Below, piece by piece: positions 47,796-58,400 of a DNA stretch of 58,626 bases. Numbering within the stretch: position 1 is the first letter of the stretch; each line of letters begins with the position of its first letter. A program made the position numbers and the translations under genes. The DNA is taken from contig JACOVG010000032.1 in assembly GCA_016177405.1 (NCBI GenBank), positions 1 through 58,626 on the forward strand, written 5' to 3'. The notes beneath the pieces were generated by a model. It did no database searches. It was not told the origin of the DNA and worked only from the letters and a program-made list of their open reading frames with translations. The DNA is from Candidatus Omnitrophota bacterium. GTDB taxonomy: Bacteria; Omnitrophota; Gorgyraeia; 1-14-0-20-64-10.

Positions 47796-48776
47796 CTATT
47801 TCTCCTCTTTTTGAAGAGCCTGCAAAAGGGTTGCCCGAGTCTTCTCTTGTTGACCCAGCATAACCCGGGAAAGCTCGGTTTCCTCCACCACGTAGTCCAG
47901 CACTTTCGCCTCATCAAGAGCTTGGTAGCCAAGCCGGCGTTCGCGCCTCTGCCAAAAACCGAGGATGTGGCCTGCTCCGGCACCGATGTAACTGCCATAG
48001 GGCAATCCCGCCTGCCCGCCTCCGTAGGTCCCAAAAGCCGGGTAGAGGGTCGAATAGGCGTGCAATTCGCCCTCCCGGTCCTTCTGCTCTTTCAGGTGTT
48101 GGATGGCAAGGTCAGAGGCGGTTTGCTCTTGGCTAAGCTCGATGGGAACCAAGACCCGCCCCACCGCGTAGAGCCCGGGAGACGGGTTCTGGGAAAAATC
48201 CACCGCATGGCCTGCTTCGTGAAGGGCAATGGCGGAGTCGTCGGAAAAGAGGTGGATCGTGTTGGTATAGGGGTTGTAGTGATCTCCCCCTAACACCCGG
48301 CCGGTGAGGGAAGACCACAGGGTGACTGGGATTCCGGGAAAGACCCGGAAATACCACTCCACCCGTTTGTTCTGAGTCAGCCGCTTAAGCTCTCCGAAGG
48401 GAGTCCATTGGTTGATTCTTACCTTTACGTCCTTCGCGGCTTCCGGGTGAGCGGCTAGGAATTTCTTGAGGGACGCCTCTGTCTTTTCCGAAACGCTGTG
48501 GCTGTCTACCTTGGAGTTAAGGAGAATTAACTTTTTGGGCAGGCTTAGCAAATTGCCGAGAGCGTCCAGAACCCACACGGGACGCCCCCGTTCAATCTGC
48601 GGAGAGACCGCTCGTTGATCAGCTTCCTCTGCCCAAAGGGACGAGCCGCAGATTACAAAAGACAGGCCCAGGCAGAGGAACAGGCCTAGGTTCTTCTGAG
48701 TTCTCCTATGCCGCCAGACCGTTTCGAGCGATCTTCTGCCTGGTTTTTTCTGGTAACCGTTCCAGGTCCACGACAA
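47796..48776 (-). CDS. secreted protein with a HEXXH (zincin-like) motif
   Basis: signal peptide-like LGLFLCLGLSFVICGSSLWA, ALHEAGH motif, downstream E; start uncertain. Confidence 0.6.
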   Translation of the reverse strand: MSWTWNGYQKKPGRRSLETVWRHRRTQKNLGLFLCLGLSFVICGSSLWAEEADQRAVSPQIERGRPVWVLDALGNLLSLPKKLILLNSKVDSHSVSEKTEASLKKFLAAHPEAAKDVKVRINQWTPFGELKRLTQNKRVEWYFRVFPGIPVTLWSSLTGRVLGGDHYNPYTNTIHLFSDDSAIALHEAGHAVDFSQNPSPGLYAVGRVLVPIELSQEQTASDLAIQHLKEQKDREGELHAYSTLYPAFGTYGGGQAGLPYGSYIGAGAGHILGFWQRRERRLGYQALDEAKVLDYVVEETELSRVMLGQQEKTRATLLQALQKEEK

Positions 48777-49191
48777 AAAGAAGATCTCCTTTCGTGTCCT
48801 TCAGGGAGGCGCCCATTCGGTCCAGGGCCATGGTCACTTCGTCGGGAGTGAGTTTATAGGCCGAGCCACTGGCAAAATCAATGACAATCCCAACGATGCC
48901 TCCGAACAGGATGTTCCCGAACAGCCAGCCGTCTACCGTCCGCCGCAGGGAAACCTCCACCGGCTTGTAGCCTTGCTTCTCGAAGGTCAGCACGTAGCCA
49001 ACCTCTTTCCGGTTGAGGGACAGAACCCCTGGAGTTGTCGTTGCCATGCTGTTGAGGTTGACCCGAACCACCGCGCCCGAGGGACTGGACATCACCCGTA
49101 CACTCTGCTGGGAGCCGTGAATGATGCTGGCGCATCCCGCAAGCAGCGCAGCCACTAGAACGAGTGTCGTTGGACGAATGAAGCGCTTCAT
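48706..49191 (-). CDS. lipoprotein with a PEGA-like domain
   Basis: lipobox LAGC, SSPSGA.V, KQGY, GNILFGG..IDFASG.AYKL. Confidence 0.75.
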   Translation of the reverse strand: MKRFIRPTTLVLVAALLAGCASIIHGSQQSVRVMSSPSGAVVRVNLNSMATTTPGVLSLNRKEVGYVLTFEKQGYKPVEVSLRRTVDGWLFGNILFGGIVGIVIDFASGSAYKLTPDEVTMALDRMGASLKDTKGDLLFVVDLERLPEKTRQKIARNGLAA

Positions 49192-49868
49192 CTTACCTCC
49201 TCTTGATTTGTCACGGCGTTTGTCTGTCCGGAAGCCAGTTGCTGGAGCGCGCTGGAGATGGCCCCCCGGCTGGAAATGTGCTGGACCGCGTCGTGGATGG
49301 CCTCGCCTACCAGTTGCCCGGTTGCTGCCGGGGCCGCGAAGGTGTTAATCCGGCGCTGAACCTGCCCAGCCACAGAATCCCGCTCGAGGACCTTGCCCTG
49401 GCTGTCGTAGAGAGTCCCGCCCAGGACAACCTTTGCGGTGGGGGGGTCCATCAGGGCGTCGAAAGATTCCACCGAGATGGATTGAATCGAGACGGCAAGC
49501 ACCCCCCGCGCGCCGTACTCGGCCGCCGCCCGCGCGAATGATTCGGGCGAGTCACCTGCGGAAACGTTCCCCAAGACTCCATTCATCTCTTGGTCATACA
49601 GCGCCACCACAAGCTCTCTCCCAACAAGCTGGGAGGGATCTTCATCCATCTTCAACTGCAAAGCGGAGATGGAGCCCAGCCGTTTTTTGTCCGCCCGCTC
49701 ATCCGAAGGGCGGGCCACCACCACCGTGATCGCTTTGGAACTGGGGCTGAAGGAATAGACGTCCGGCCCCTGCGGCAGCGTTGCCACCGCCGTCGCGCAC
49801 CCGGAAAGCAGTGCTGCCGTCGTGAACACCGTCAGAACTCTTGGCACGCTCTTCATGGATTGCCTCAT
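49188..49868 (-). CDS. lipoprotein of unknown function
   Basis: lipobox LSGC; SD GAGGAG. Confidence 0.7.
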   Translation of the reverse strand: MRQSMKSVPRVLTVFTTAALLSGCATAVATLPQGPDVYSFSPSSKAITVVVARPSDERADKKRLGSISALQLKMDEDPSQLVGRELVVALYDQEMNGVLGNVSAGDSPESFARAAAEYGARGVLAVSIQSISVESFDALMDPPTAKVVLGGTLYDSQGKVLERDSVAGQVQRRINTFAAPAATGQLVGEAIHDAVQHISSRGAISSALQQLASGQTNAVTNQEEVR

Positions 49869-50330
49869 CTACTCCTCTTGTTTTGAGAGATCGACGACAT
49901 CCACAACCCTGTCGTTTTCGTCATACGTGACCTCAAAGGACATCTTTGTTCCGTCAAAAACCATTTCAGTTGGAGTCCCTATAACCTCCCACAGACCCAG
50001 GGTGAAGATGTCCGCAGCTCCATGAAAAAGAGCTCGGCCCCCCTTTGCGACTTTACTATAACCTTGCCTGAAGGAGAAGACGTCCACTCTTTTTCCGTTC
50101 CTCATGTCGGTTAAAACCGGCGGACCCAGTTCCGCCGTAAGCAAGCTTCGGGGCTTCCCGTAGCTTAAAACGGACAGATCCTTTCTGGGCGGCTGTTTGG
50201 CAGCCATAAACACGGCGCAACCGGCGCTGGTGAGGACGAGGGCCAAGCAAGACGCGAAAGCCACAAACCGTTGAGGAAGCAGTTTAATCGAATTCCTCCC
50301 TGTTATATCAAGAACGCGCAAGGCGGACAA
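49869..50330 (-). CDS. lipoprotein of unknown function
   Basis: lipobox SAGC; ADIFTLGLWEVIGTPTE motif; start uncertain. Confidence 0.7.
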   Translation of the reverse strand: MSALRVLDITGRNSIKLLPQRFVAFASCLALVLTSAGCAVFMAAKQPPRKDLSVLSYGKPRSLLTAELGPPVLTDMRNGKRVDVFSFRQGYSKVAKGGRALFHGAADIFTLGLWEVIGTPTEMVFDGTKMSFEVTYDENDRVVDVVDLSKQEE

Positions 50331-50344
50331 ACGGTTCCCCCCGC

Positions 50345-50734
50345 TTATTGATTAAGTAGAACCTCCAATGTATCCAGGAAGCGGGACTCCCAGTTCTCGG
50401 CAAAAATGTTGGTGGCCATCACTTTTCTCGATATGACCTCTACTCGGGTGGAGGAAGTGTCGATCCTCTCAACGAAGACTGCCACCCTCTCTCCCCAACT
50501 AAAAGCGCTGATTCCTGTCTCGGCAAGAAGATATCCCTGTTTCTGATTCGACTCGGCGATGCCCAGCTGGAGGAGCTTGAGCGTTTGGTTTGCTTTTTTC
50601 CACACCGTTTCAAAGGGTGCTTGATAAACGCGCGACGACCCCCTTCCCCTCTCTCCTCGAACGGAAGTGAGTGTCGCGCACCCGCAGAGCAAGAGCACCA
50701 TCGGCAAAAATATCCAAGCTACTCCGCCCCGCAT
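50345..50734 (-). CDS. lipoprotein of unknown function
   Basis: lipobox LCGC; start set at ATG 50734. Confidence 0.68.
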   Translation of the reverse strand: MRGGVAWIFLPMVLLLCGCATLTSVRGERGRGSSRVYQAPFETVWKKANQTLKLLQLGIAESNQKQGYLLAETGISAFSWGERVAVFVERIDTSSTRVEVISRKVMATNIFAENWESRFLDTLEVLLNQ

Positions 50735-50790
50735 TTTATGTTTCCTCACTTGAAAACTATCGGCGCATTTCATCATTTTCTTTTTGGGGT

Positions 50791-51612
50791 CTAGAACCGG
50801 TAGCTCCCGACGGCGCTGACGGCCGTCTCGTCCACAAATCGGCCTTCCACGCCCAAGAGCCAGTCTTCCTTGAATTGGATGGAAAGACCCGCCACCACGC
50901 CGGCATGGTCGTCGGAGCGCCAGCCGGACTCCGAGAGATCGTCCGCCGCCGTGAGATTGATGTCCAGGTCATTCTCCTCGGCCGTCATCTGGGACCACCG
51001 GCCCCCCAGGTAAGGGGTGACCTGCCAATCCCCGTAACCGAATTCAAGCGTCCGGCCTATCGTGAAGGCGGCGTGGTAAGCCCTCGCTCGAACATTGCCC
51101 GTGGTGGTGGAAAAGGTCCCGTTGATGGAGCCGCTCCACTGGTTAAGGTCGCTCTCCCACTGAACGAATTGCGCGTCCATCTTGATCTTAAGGTCCCAAA
51201 ATTCTTCCAAGAAATCCTGCTGGGCGCTGATGCCTCCCCCGTACATGAAACCAAAATCGAAATCCTCCTTCACCAGCTCAAGGGTTCTGTTGTCGGTGCT
51301 CTCCAGCTCCAGATCGGCCACGCCCGCCAAGGCGTAAAGCTCCACGGGGGCCGCCGGGCTGTAGCTTATCCGGGCCGCGTGCGACTGCCCGGAATTCTCC
51401 TGGGAGCCGATGCCGCCGGGAACGGTCAAATCCCTGTCAAAAACAAAGTCGCTCTCCACCCCCACGCGAATCCTGTAGAAATCCTCCAGTTCCTCCTCAT
51501 CGCTTTGGGCCTTCACGATGGGTCCCCCCACCATCCCCGCGAAAGCCGCCTGCGCCATGAGCAGATTCAGCCCCGTGATAACCAAAAACAATGCCAGTAT
51601 TTTTCCACGCAT
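50791..51612 (-). CDS. outer-membrane beta-barrel protein
   Basis: signal peptide AFA|G, alternating beta strands, PYLGG, C-terminal YRF BAM signal. Confidence 0.78.
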   Translation of the reverse strand: MRGKILALFLVITGLNLLMAQAAFAGMVGGPIVKAQSDEEELEDFYRIRVGVESDFVFDRDLTVPGGIGSQENSGQSHAARISYSPAAPVELYALAGVADLELESTDNRTLELVKEDFDFGFMYGGGISAQQDFLEEFWDLKIKMDAQFVQWESDLNQWSGSINGTFSTTTGNVRARAYHAAFTIGRTLEFGYGDWQVTPYLGGRWSQMTAEENDLDINLTAADDLSESGWRSDDHAGVVAGLSIQFKEDWLLGVEGRFVDETAVSAVGSYRF

Positions 51613-51731
51613 CCCCGAATGCCCTCCCCTGGGTTCGCTATCCAAGGGATACCTTACCAAGTACCCCATACGCGATCAAGACAAACTCTTGCAGGAGAGA
51701 GAAACAGCGAGAAGAATCTAGATGGTACCGT

Positions 51732-51998
51732 TCACGTCCCCCTACTACTCTTGGCGCCTTGGCGATGGGAAAGGCGAACCACACCACGGCCTATTCCGTA
51801 AAGGATCAAGCCATAACCGATCAGGCCAATCAAGCGGATGAAGTCCACGAAGATCCAGCCGAAGCGCCAGAGGGAGCTACCGCGCTCAACAGTTCCAAGC
51901 CACGGTTGGAGGATTTTGACGGAGATGAAGCCGGTGGCGAAGGCGATGAAAATACCGAGCAGGACGGGAGACATGCGTCCGCGAGAGGGCGTTGTCAT
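51732..51998 (-). CDS. small two-TM membrane protein
   Basis: two hydrophobic segments; starts 3 nt after the upstream stop. Confidence 0.5.
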   Translation of the reverse strand: MTTPSRGRMSPVLLGIFIAFATGFISVKILQPWLGTVERGSSLWRFGWIFVDFIRLIGLIGYGLILYGIGRGVVRLSHRQGAKSSRGT

Positions 51999-52001
51999 TG
52001 G

Positions 52002-52433
52002 TTAAGCCTTTACCTTGTACGTGATCCAGAAAATATCCTCTTTAACCTGCTTGACTGAAGGATCGCTTGCTTTAAGCTCTTTGCGGGTGTCCTTCTGTTC
52101 CTTCTTGCAAAAGGGACAGTGTTTTGGTGCGCCGCGTGTCAACCAGTCTTCAGTCCTTATCAGGTGGCCTCCACATGAACTGCATGGAGGCAAAGATTCC
52201 AAGATTAGTTTCCACCCTTCGCTGTTCTTCAGGCCCTCTTTCCTACGATCCCAGACGGGATCATTAAACGCGTTATACCAGAAGAGCGCCTGACACCTCT
52301 CACATTCAAGGCAGGCTACGTCCGTGTAAAGAATGGTCGAATCAAAAGTAACCTCATGGGATTTGTCGCAATCTTGACACTGCCGAACCGCCTTGTAAGC
52401 GGTCCATTCTCTGCGATCAACCTCATATCCCAT
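52002..52433 (-). CDS. Cys-rich zinc-ribbon protein, candidate immunity protein
   Basis: CQDC, CERC, CSSC, CPFC; TGATG overlap with the toxin stop; visibly more AT-rich. Confidence 0.7.
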   Translation of the reverse strand: MGYEVDRREWTAYKAVRQCQDCDKSHEVTFDSTILYTDVACLECERCQALFWYNAFNDPVWDRRKEGLKNSEGWKLILESLPPCSSCGGHLIRTEDWLTRGAPKHCPFCKKEQKDTRKELKASDPSVKQVKEDIFWITYKVKA

Positions 52434-55400
52434 CAGGGTGCCACCTTATTGAATTCCTTGATCAATTCCTCTCGGAGTACAACCACATTATTAACCGACC
52501 CATTTATGTCGGAAGGGGCTACAATCTTCCCCAGATCTGATGCTCGAGTTGCCGTGTCCCCCAAAGATCTAGAAACTTGCTCGGCTGGCAGGGTGTCGAG
52601 GGTAATTCGCCTGCTGTCCTTGAGCGCAATTTCATAAACGTCGTACTCAGCCCCAGGGTTGCGTCTAAGAAATTCTGAGACTGCCACGTTCTTGTCTTTT
52701 GAAGTGTACAAGACCTTGGTATCGAGCGAATTAAACCGGCCTTCAGCCGTGCTGAAACGCATCGGATTAGAAGTGCCTTTTGGAACTGCCCGGTAGACAA
52801 CCTCTGTTGCCTCGTCGGCACTATGGACGGCACCCTTGACGACAGAGTTGCCGGCTTTAAATTCCCAGGCGGTGCGGGTGAGCTTGAGCTCGCCCTGACC
52901 CACATCATATACCTTGCTGCCGATGCGGAAGAAGTTTTTGATGGAACCCCAGACGCGATCCAGACTACGGGCTGCGGTGGGGACATCGCCCACGATGCCG
53001 GTGGCTTTGCTGGCGACCTGCAAAGATTTCCCAAGGCCTTTGGTGGCGAGACCCACCGCAGGAAACAGACCAAAAGCCCTTAGGCCATCTTGAAGCAGGT
53101 ACATTGTGGCAGCACCGTAGTGGCCTTCTGCTGCAGCTTGTTTGGCCTGCTGGATGCCGACGCCGATCCTTAAGTCGTCCCCGAAGAGATCTACCGCGGC
53201 GGCGATGGTATGCAGCGTTCCTCCCGCCACCCAATTGCCATCGTCTGCGAAGGAATCGCCCTGGGTCTTCAGCCAGTTGATTCCCTTTTCCATGGCGCGG
53301 CTTAAAGCGGTAGATGCCTGCTCCTTGCTGACGGTGAGGGTCGCCTGTTCCTGCTGGAGGCGTGCTTGCTCGGCCGGCAGGGCATCCGGATTTTCAATCA
53401 AGGTCTGGAGTGTCGGCCCGAATGATTTGAGCATTGCCTCGGCGTTCTCAGCCCCCACCAATTTGGTCAGCTCCTCTTTCACCACAGCGAGAAATTGAGG
53501 CGCTGCTTGTTGAGCAGCTGTTCTTTGCTCTGGGGTCGGGTCATGCAGCGGCGGAACTGCCGCTTCCATAGCCTGAGCCAGGGCATGGAGCTTCTCAGGA
53601 GAAAGGTCGCTGAAGCCCTGTGCCTGGATCTTGGCATCCACGATCTGGCCGCTGGAATAGATGATGGTTGGCCGCAGTGCGATTTCGCGAGTGATGTCGC
53701 CGTCCAGGAGGCCGAACTTGTAGTCCTCGGAGAGGTCCACCACCTGGCCTTCGATGAACCGCCCATCGGGGCTAACGCGAACGGTGTCGCTGCCTTCTCT
53801 GGGGCTGACGAAGTAGCGGGTCTTGCCGGTGGCGGTATCTCGCCCCTCGATCAGGACGATATTGCCGCCGTAGACGGTGTATTCCTCGGTGATGCCACTG
53901 GGCGTATTGACCAGCACCTTGCCGTTGACGAGTCCAAAGCGGCCTTGCTCGTCTAGGCCAAAGCTTTTGTCGTTCGGGTTCGGCGATGAAATCTCCTTGA
54001 CCAGCCCGCGCGTGGGATCGAAGTAGGAACGAGCCAGGACAGCGTCGGTCGTCGCGTCGAGATACAGCTTGCTGTTCTCTTTGAAAGTGACCTCGGTGGT
54101 AAGTCGGCCGTCCTCCAGGGTGACCGCCTTGGCGTTGCCCAGCAGGAAGTCGGCGATGCCGCCCAGCTTCCAGATGGACTCGATGGCGTCCCGCTGGAAG
54201 ATGCTGCTGGCGTAGGTTTCAAGGGCGGTGGTGATGCCACGCTCCCGGATGATGTTGGAGAAGTCGTTGATCTTGGCAAGGTAGGTCGCCTGCTGGACGG
54301 GGTTGTAGGGTGCGTTGGGGTCGTAGCCGGTGCCCGGGGTGGAGAAATTCAGGACGGACTTCTTGAGGGATTCCGAGACCCCCTTGAAAACGTTGCCCTC
54401 ATACTTAAAGGCGCCGGAGATGGCCCCTGAAATGACGTTGGCCGAGAGGGCCTGGGTAAAGGGATCCAAGCCGATCTCATCGCCCAAGAGATCTATACCG
54501 AGGCTGGTGGCTCCATGGAGCAGGCCGTCACTGATGGACTTTGTGATGTCTGTGGCTTTCCCGCCTGCGGTGCCGACGGTGACCGCGGATTTAATCGGCA
54601 TACCGGCCAATTGGGAGATTCGCGGGTCGAGGCCGATGGATTCGCCGAGTTTCTGGATGCCATAGAAGGCGAGCTCGCCGGCGAGGGTGGGGGCAAGCTG
54701 GGTCTTGAGGGTGGTGCCGAGGGCATCGAGACCAGGGGGGATCGGCTTCATAACCACCTTCCCTGCTGAGTCGTAGACGACGTTGCCGGCATCGTCCAGC
54801 TTGGGGACTTGGGTGCCTACGGTTAGGGAGCCCACGATGGAGCCGACCCCGATGGAGGCGATCCCGGCCAGGGCGGGGTCGAGGCCGGCCTTGACAAGGC
54901 CCAGTTGGGTGCCGGCCACAGCGGTGGAGGTGAGGGCGCTGGAATAATCAAAGCCAAGGTGGAATGACCCTCCCGAGAAACTCTGGACGCCGCCGGAGGC
55001 GAAGGAACCGGCGATGCCGGCGATGCCAGGATCAACCCCCAGGGCCTGGAGGCCGGTGGAGACACCAAGGTTGACGGCAGTCTGCAGGGCGAATTGACCC
55101 AGGCCTTGGAGGGAGAGGCCTCCGGAAAGGCCGGCCATCATCCCAATACCTTGGAAGAGGGTCTCAAAACCAAGGGCGAATTGGCCGCCAAGGAGGTAGG
55201 TGAGGCCTCCGAGGGCATGGCCGAGGCCGCTGACCATTGTTCCCAGGCCGTTGAAGATGAAGCCCAAGGGGCCCATGGCGTTGCCCAGGGCGGTAAAGGC
55301 AGCTCCGATCGTGTTAACGAGAGTGGCCAGGGCCCCGGTGATGAAGGAGATGGCGGTGGAGATGGCGGAGACGACCCCAACGGCCAGCTTGGCGAGGAAG

Positions 55401-58400
55401 ATAAAGAACATGAAGAAGAAGCTTCCGGTGATGCGCTGGGCTTCTGGGTCGGTCAGAACCTGGTAGGCGTGGGGAGGAGCGCGGGAAGAGAGGATGGCTC
55501 CCTGCCAGACCTGGAGGAACTCCGCTTGGGTCATGGTGAGGGTTTGGCCGGTGGGGCCGGCGTTGGGCTCCCGGTAGGTGACGGTGCCGTCGGCGGCAAT
55601 CACGGTCACCAGGATGTAGTGATTGCCGTTGATGTGAGCGATGACGGGAGAAGCGATTCCCGCTTGCGCGGGAATGACAAGGGCGCGTAAGTCCTCAAAG
55701 GAGACGCGGGAGGGGGTGGCGGAGGCGCCATGAAGCTTGGCGACGCGCTGGAGGGCGAAGAGGGACAGTTCCATGTCCCCGGTGGTCTTCGGGTTGATGG
55801 TGCCGGTCAGGATGTCCACAAGGAGGGTTTGGACAGCGAGGGTGGTGAAATCTGGCGATTGCTTCGTCCCGCCTTCGGCGCTCCTCGCAATGACCGCCTC
55901 GATGTATTCCTTCAAGGGCAGGAAGGCGGAGTAGCCGAAGTGGAGGGAGTTGGAGTCAAGCCAGGCCAGGATGCGGTCAATATCTGAAGCGGAAAGGGGG
56001 ACGATTTCGGAGGGGGTGAGGCCGAGGGAAGAGATGAGATTTCTCGCTTCGCTCGAAATGACGGAAGTATCGCCGGTGGCAATGACGACGTAATCCTGCA
56101 ACCAGGAGGCGACGCGGCGCTTGATCTCGGAGACGTCGGAGGCGCGGGGGGCGTAATCTGGCAGGACGCGGATTCGCTGGGTGAGATCGGCAAGGTCCAC
56201 CTTGGCCGAGGGATCCGAGCCATAGCGGCTGTAGAGGCGCTCCACCTCCTGGGTGACTTCCTGCTCGGAGGGATCCCGGCCGATCGTGTCCCGGTAGGCG
56301 CGGATCAGGATGGTGGTGAGCTCCTGGCGGAGAATCGCTTTGGCGAGCTCGACCTGCTTGACATGGATCTCGGTGAAGGCCTGGATGGTCTGGGACTCCA
56401 CCTCCTGGCGGACCGATTCCACCTGGGCGTTGAGCTGTCCCAGGGCCTCGGCGTATTGGTTGTCCAAGTTGGACAAGGCGTCTCGGACTTGATTCATCCC
56501 GGCGCGAATCTGGTCCATCGCTTGGGATTTGGCACTCTTGCCCGCCTTGCCCTTGGCTTTCATGGCTTCGACATCGTTGAGCTTGTGCTGGAGAGAAGCC
56601 TGTTGATCGGTGAGCTGGGCGCGGGCGGCAGAAGCTCGGTTGGCCAGGTCCTGGTAGGCAACTCCCTTCTGGCGGGCCAGCTCCTCCAGGGCCTGGGTGC
56701 GGCGCTGGATCACCTCGGCCTCGGCATTGGTGATCTGGTCGAAGATCTCCTGGCGAGCGCCGATCAGGGTGGTCTTGGTGAGGCGGCCGGCGGCATCGTA
56801 GTCAAAGGTGGTGGTTATGCGGCCGGAGGAATCCAGGGTCAGGATGGGGCGGCTCTCCTCGTACAGGGTGACCATGCCACTGGCAAAGGTCTGGGTGAGA
56901 AGCTGGCCTTCGGCGCCAAACTCCCGCTCGATGACGGCGTCATCCGGGAAGCCCTCGGTGAGGAGCTGTCCCTCTGGAAGGGCCAGCCGGGCCAGACGGT
57001 GGATGGTGACCTGGGCGCCGCGCTGTTCGTTGAAGGCGGACAGATCAGGCACCTGGATCTGAAGACTCTGCTCCCTGCCCTGCAGGTCTGTGTAGTGGAT
57101 CGTCTCGGGCTTGAGACTACGGAGGGTCTCGAGCTGGTCCTGGGCAAGGTCTTTGGCGTAGGAGACCTCCCAGCGGGTGCCGGATGGTTCTTCGATGGCG
57201 ATGAGGTTGTTGTCTGAATAGGTGCGGATCGCGCCGGAGGAATCGGTGATGCGGGTGAGAGATTGCTTCGCCCCACCCTCGGTGGGGCTCGCAATGACGT
57301 CAGAGTAACTGTAGGTGAAGGTTTCGCGGGGTTTGCCCTGGTAGGTGACTACGGCGCGGGAGAGGACGGGGCTGTGGTCACTGTGAAGCGAAGCCAAAGC
57401 AATCTCGTCTTGAGATTGCTTCGCGCCTTCGGCGCTCGCAATGACGGACTCCACTTCGCCTCCTCGCAATGACAAGGTGCCCTGCTCCACCAGGCGGCGC
57501 AGGGAGGCACGGTCGGCGGGGAGCTCCAAGGAGCGCAGCTGGGCGGGGTCGCTTAAGAGGAGGAGCTCTGCCGGGCCTTCGATGAGCTGGGCGTTGTCAA
57601 AGTAGGCCGAGGCCTCGAAGCCGTTCACCTTGATCCAAGCGTTGAAGTTGATGCTTCCGGTGGTGATGGTGTGGGTGATGGTGAGGAGGTGCCACTCGTT
57701 GTCCCCGGGATGAAAGGCAGAGAAGTCGTACTCGTTGGAGGAAAGGCCGATACGGGCGGCGCCCGGACGGTCGGACTTGACCCAGACCTCCAGGGTGAAG
57801 GTTCTTCCGGCAAGGGCCCGGACCTCCGGGGAGTAGGGGGGAAGGATGTCCTGGTAGATGAAGGAGTAGTCGCTTCCGTCGGAGCCGTTGGCCAGCTTGA
57901 GAGGCGGGGTGCCCAATTGAACGGAGGAGGTTTCCTGGCGGACATGGGACGGATCGGTTTCCTGGGAGACGGAGTTGCCGGAGCCGCCGCTCCATCTCCA
58001 GCCATCGGGGGCCTGCTGGCCTCCCTGGGACCAGCTTTCGAAGGAGGGGTCAGCCAGGGGATAGGGCGAGAGGGAGTCCGGCTTGGTCAGGTAGCGGCCA
58101 TCCGGGGTGGTTAAGCCCACCACCTGCCAGGGCTGGACCGAGGAAGCCCGCGCATAGTGGATGACGGCGCCGCTCGCGAGGGTTTGGGCGGCCCCAGCGG
58201 CAGTGGCGAGCGCCTCATTTAAGGGATCGGAATAACCGGCGGGGTCGGTGGTGTACTCGTAGGCGGTGACGGCGCCGTCGGGGTCGGTCTGGGAGATAAG
58301 CAGGCCCTCGCGGTAGCGCTTGGTGAGGCCGGTGGCAAGTTCCTTGATAACGGTTATTTCGCTGCTGTCCGCGTCGAACTCGTAGGCGTAGTCGTAAAGG

